Shown here piece after piece: positions 14,784-16,750 of a stretch of DNA of 16,750 nt. The DNA lies in contig JAUSKK010000049.1 of assembly GCA_030649345.1 (NCBI GenBank), forward strand, positions 1-16,750, written 5' to 3'. The DNA comes from Candidatus Iainarchaeum sp. (GTDB lineage Archaea > Iainarchaeota > Iainarchaeia > Iainarchaeales > 0-14-0-20-34-12). The translations under genes and the position numbers were made by a program. The notes beneath the pieces are model-generated. The model was not told the origin of the DNA, made no database searches, and was given only the letters and a program-made list of their open reading frames with translations. Numbering within the stretch: position 1 is the first letter of the stretch; each line of letters begins with the position of its first letter.

Positions 14784-15623
14784 TTATTTGTGTTTTGGAA
14801 ATCCTCTGCAACGATCCAGTATTTCTTCAAATTCTACAAACAAATCTCTTGGATTGATTTTCAAATAATATTTTTCTAGTTTTCCTCGAACTAGTTTTAC
14901 AAATTCTTTTGCTTTAATTTGTCCTTTTTTTGTTTTCAATCTATCTTGCCCTTGATTGTATTCTTGCAATGCTTGATTTTCAACTTGTGTTTGGGTCCAT
15001 TCTGGGTGTTCTGCTTTTGTTTGTCTTTGGAGTTCTGCAAAAAATGCAATTCCGCCTTCAATATTGTACAAGGGCTCTACCAATCCTTTTCCATTGGTTT
15101 TTCGTATCCATTTTCTTAATCCTTTTCCAACCAATATTTTGTCTGTGCTGGCCAATATTTGAAATAATCCCTGGGCTCCAGTTCTGCTTTCAGCTGTCCA
15201 ATTCCATGCGCTTTCTGCATGCCCTAAAGCCAAAGCCAATCTAGGATTAACTCCGTGTTGTTCTGCAAAAAATACTGTGGCTGCTTTAAACATGCTTTCT
15301 TGTAATGCCATGGGCCTTAGTTTGAGTTTGAATATTTGTTTGAATCTTTCAATTTGTTCTTTTCGTTCTGCATGTTCTTTTTTTATTTGTCTGGAATTTT
15401 CAATTAATGCAATTCCTTGTCTTTGCACATGCAAATTTTCTTGTACAATGGGCGCGCTGGCTAAACCAACTCCAACAAGTCCTGCAGTGATTCCCGTGAA
15501 CCAAGTTTTTCTTCGTATTCTGGGCTGTGTATTGTTGGGAAAAAATTTTCCTTCTCGAATGACTCCGTGTGTTTTTCCGACAGCAACTCGGTTAGGTAAT
15601 CGTGTAGGTTTTGGTTTTCGCAT
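14784..15623 (-). CDS. Membrane-anchored lytic transglycosylase (SLT/lysozyme-like domain)
   Basis: It has an N-terminal TM segment (WFTGITAGLVGVGLASAPIV). The SLT catalytic block is GHAESAWNWTAESRTGAQGLFQI, followed by YNIEGGIAFF. Confidence 0.82.
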   Translation of the reverse strand: MRKPKPTRLPNRVAVGKTHGVIREGKFFPNNTQPRIRRKTWFTGITAGLVGVGLASAPIVQENLHVQRQGIALIENSRQIKKEHAERKEQIERFKQIFKLKLRPMALQESMFKAATVFFAEQHGVNPRLALALGHAESAWNWTAESRTGAQGLFQILASTDKILVGKGLRKWIRKTNGKGLVEPLYNIEGGIAFFAELQRQTKAEHPEWTQTQVENQALQEYNQGQDRLKTKKGQIKAKEFVKLVRGKLEKYYLKINPRDLFVEFEEILDRCRGFPKHK

Positions 15624-15684
15624 ATTTTAACTAGGTTGTTTTTGTTTTTAACTGCTTCTTTTAAACATTTTCAAACATTAAATA

Positions 15685-15758
15685 GGTTGCCAATGATGAC
15701 AACGACGATGAAGCCGACCGGAAGGAATGACGATTGATGGGCTGTCTGAGGCATAACC
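15685..15758 (+). ncRNA. Candidate C/D-box sRNA
   Basis: C box ATGATGA is at 15693-15699 and C' box ATGACGA at 15727-15733. Exactly 12 nt (TTGATGGGCTGT) separate C' from the D box CTGA at 15746-15749. The flanking GGTTGCC and GGCATAACC can form a terminal stem. The D' box is degenerate; CCGA at 15714-15717 is the best candidate. Confidence 0.4.
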
Positions 15759-15833
15759 TTTTTCTTTCTTCAACAAGAAAGAAAAACCTCTTCACAAATG
15801 AATTTGTGAAGCCCGCAAAGTCAGAGACTTTGC
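15759..15833. other. Array of three consecutive perfect hairpins
   Basis: Hairpin one: TTTTTCTTTCTT-caac-AAGAAAGAAAAA (15759-15786). Hairpin two: CTTCACAAAT-ga-ATTTGTGAAG (15790-15811). Hairpin three: GCAAAGTC-aga-GACTTTGC (15815-15833). All arms are exact reverse complements. Confidence 0.6.
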
Positions 15834-15862
15834 TTGGTAACGAAAAAGAAAGAAACCGAACA

Positions 15863-16642
15863 CTATTTTTTAGTTCTTGAAACAGAGCATTTCTTGTTTG
15901 AGTAATCGCAGATCACGCAACAGCTGTTTTCTTTGGGCTGAATTAATTTTTTGCAATTTGTGCAATTATAAAAAGCCATGCATTGATTTTCTGGAATTGT
16001 AACTGTTTGTTGAGTTCTGCAAAAAGGACAAACCAATTGAGCAGATTTTTTTCGTGTTTTCAAAATTTCTAGAATAATTGGAATAAACGATAAAACAATC
16101 ACAATCAAAATTAAAACAGTCAAGTATTCCTCTGCTTTAGGAATGGCTTTTCCTAAAAAAAATCCTAAACTCAAAAAAAGTACACTCCACAAAATTCCTC
16201 CAACAATATTGTATTTCACAAAGGTTTTGTAATCCATTTCAGCAATGCCTGCAACGATTGGAGCAAACGTGCGAATAGCTGGAACAAATCTGGCAAGGAT
16301 AATTGTTTTTTTTCCGTATTTTTCGTAAAATTTTTCTGCCTTTGTTACATGGTTTGGATTAAAGAAAAACGAATTGGGTTGATTGAATAATTTTTTGCCG
16401 AATTTTTTTCCAGTCCAATATCCTACTTGATCTCCCAAGATAGCTGCAATACTGACTCCAATGATTGTTAAATATATGTCAAAAATTCCTTGTGAAGCTA
16501 AAAGACCTGCTGTAAACAATAATGAATCTCCTGGGAAAAAGAATCCAAAAAATAATCCAGATTCAGCAAATACAATGAACAGCAAAGCTAAGTATCCGTA
16601 TTGAATCAGAAAAGGCTGAATAATTGCAAGCAATGGATCCAT
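15863..16642 (-). CDS. DedA-family (VTT/SNARE-associated domain) membrane protein with C-terminal Cys-rich metal-binding-like tail
   Basis: FAESGLFFGFFFPGDSLLFTAG and ARFVPAIRTFAPIVAG are typical DedA blocks. I trimmed the start to the ATG at 16640-16642 (MDPLLAII), because the upstream Phe-rich extension looks non-coding. The tail is CPFC...C...CTNC...CCVIC...C. Confidence 0.85.
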   Translation of the reverse strand: MDPLLAIIQPFLIQYGYLALLFIVFAESGLFFGFFFPGDSLLFTAGLLASQGIFDIYLTIIGVSIAAILGDQVGYWTGKKFGKKLFNQPNSFFFNPNHVTKAEKFYEKYGKKTIILARFVPAIRTFAPIVAGIAEMDYKTFVKYNIVGGILWSVLFLSLGFFLGKAIPKAEEYLTVLILIVIVLSFIPIILEILKTRKKSAQLVCPFCRTQQTVTIPENQCMAFYNCTNCKKLIQPKENSCCVICDYSNKKCSVSRTKK

Positions 16643-16750
16643 TAAGGTAGTGTGAAAGAAAAAGAATAAAAATAGAAAAAAATAAAAATAAAACATTAAG
16701 GAAAACCTTAATCTTTAGCTATGCTGTGTACCATTTTCAAAGATACTACG

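Noticed and set aside
4156-15623. Type IV secretion-like system linking the VirB4/HerA-like ATPase, the small TM proteins and the SLT (VirB1-like) enzyme
   Set aside because: The SLT gene lies ~7.6 kb away, separated by a tRNA, trpS, endA and dys. No VirD4, VirB6 or VirB10-like genes are seen. The link is too speculative to report as a system.
15712-15733. SRP RNA helix-8-like CCGGAAGGAA string
   Set aside because: Only the GGAA tetraloop and two closing pairs match. The conserved AGCA/AGG internal loops and the extended helix 5/8 pairing are absent, and the region is too short for an archaeal SRP RNA.
16643-16696. Phe-rich N-terminal extension (MFYFYFFLFLFFFFHTTL) of the DedA ORF
   Set aside because: It translates an A/T homopolymer-rich promoter-like stretch. 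The DedA family core begins right after the internal Met at 16642.
1-16750. CRISPR arrays, transposases, integrases or prophage boundaries
   Set aside because: I saw no regularly spaced direct repeats, no recombinase or transposase motifs, and no terminal inverted repeats. The tRNA gene is intact, with no flanking duplicated 3' half.

Overview
AT-rich, tightly packed chromosomal window with short or overlapping intergenic gaps. It reads as a small-genome archaeon, and a DPANN-like lineage is my inference. The archaeal hallmarks are tRNA-splicing endonuclease EndA, deoxyhypusine synthase, an archaeal/eukaryal-type TrpRS, a HerA-type ATPase and a histone-fold miniprotein. All calls come from motif recognition by eye; no database search was run. 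Housekeeping content: a glmS(5'-partial)-glmM-acetyltransferase operon, tRNA-Ala(CGC), trpS, endA, dys, a DedA-family membrane protein and a bacterial-type SLT lytic transglycosylase. The most unusual content is on the minus strand. A 987-aa HerA/FtsK-superfamily ATPase has a disordered acidic then K/E-rich N-terminus and a roughly 400-aa C-terminal extension (coiled coil, winged helix, duplicated hairpin motif). It is followed 5 nt downstream by a ~190-aa kinase-like protein that ends just after its DFG motif. The pair is divergently placed from two paralogous single-pass membrane proteins. I flag this as the best candidate for an undescribed module, function unknown. A second unusual area (11.6-13.7 kb, plus 9.4-9.9 kb) holds four small Arg/Lys-rich helical proteins, one interrupted by an in-frame TGA. 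It also holds two small genes missing from the ORF track: a 57-aa DUF1931-like histone-fold protein and a 38-aa SEC-C-motif peptide. The 15.62-15.86 kb spacer contains a plausible C/D-box sRNA followed by three back-to-back perfect hairpins. I recognised no CRISPR array, transposase or integrase.
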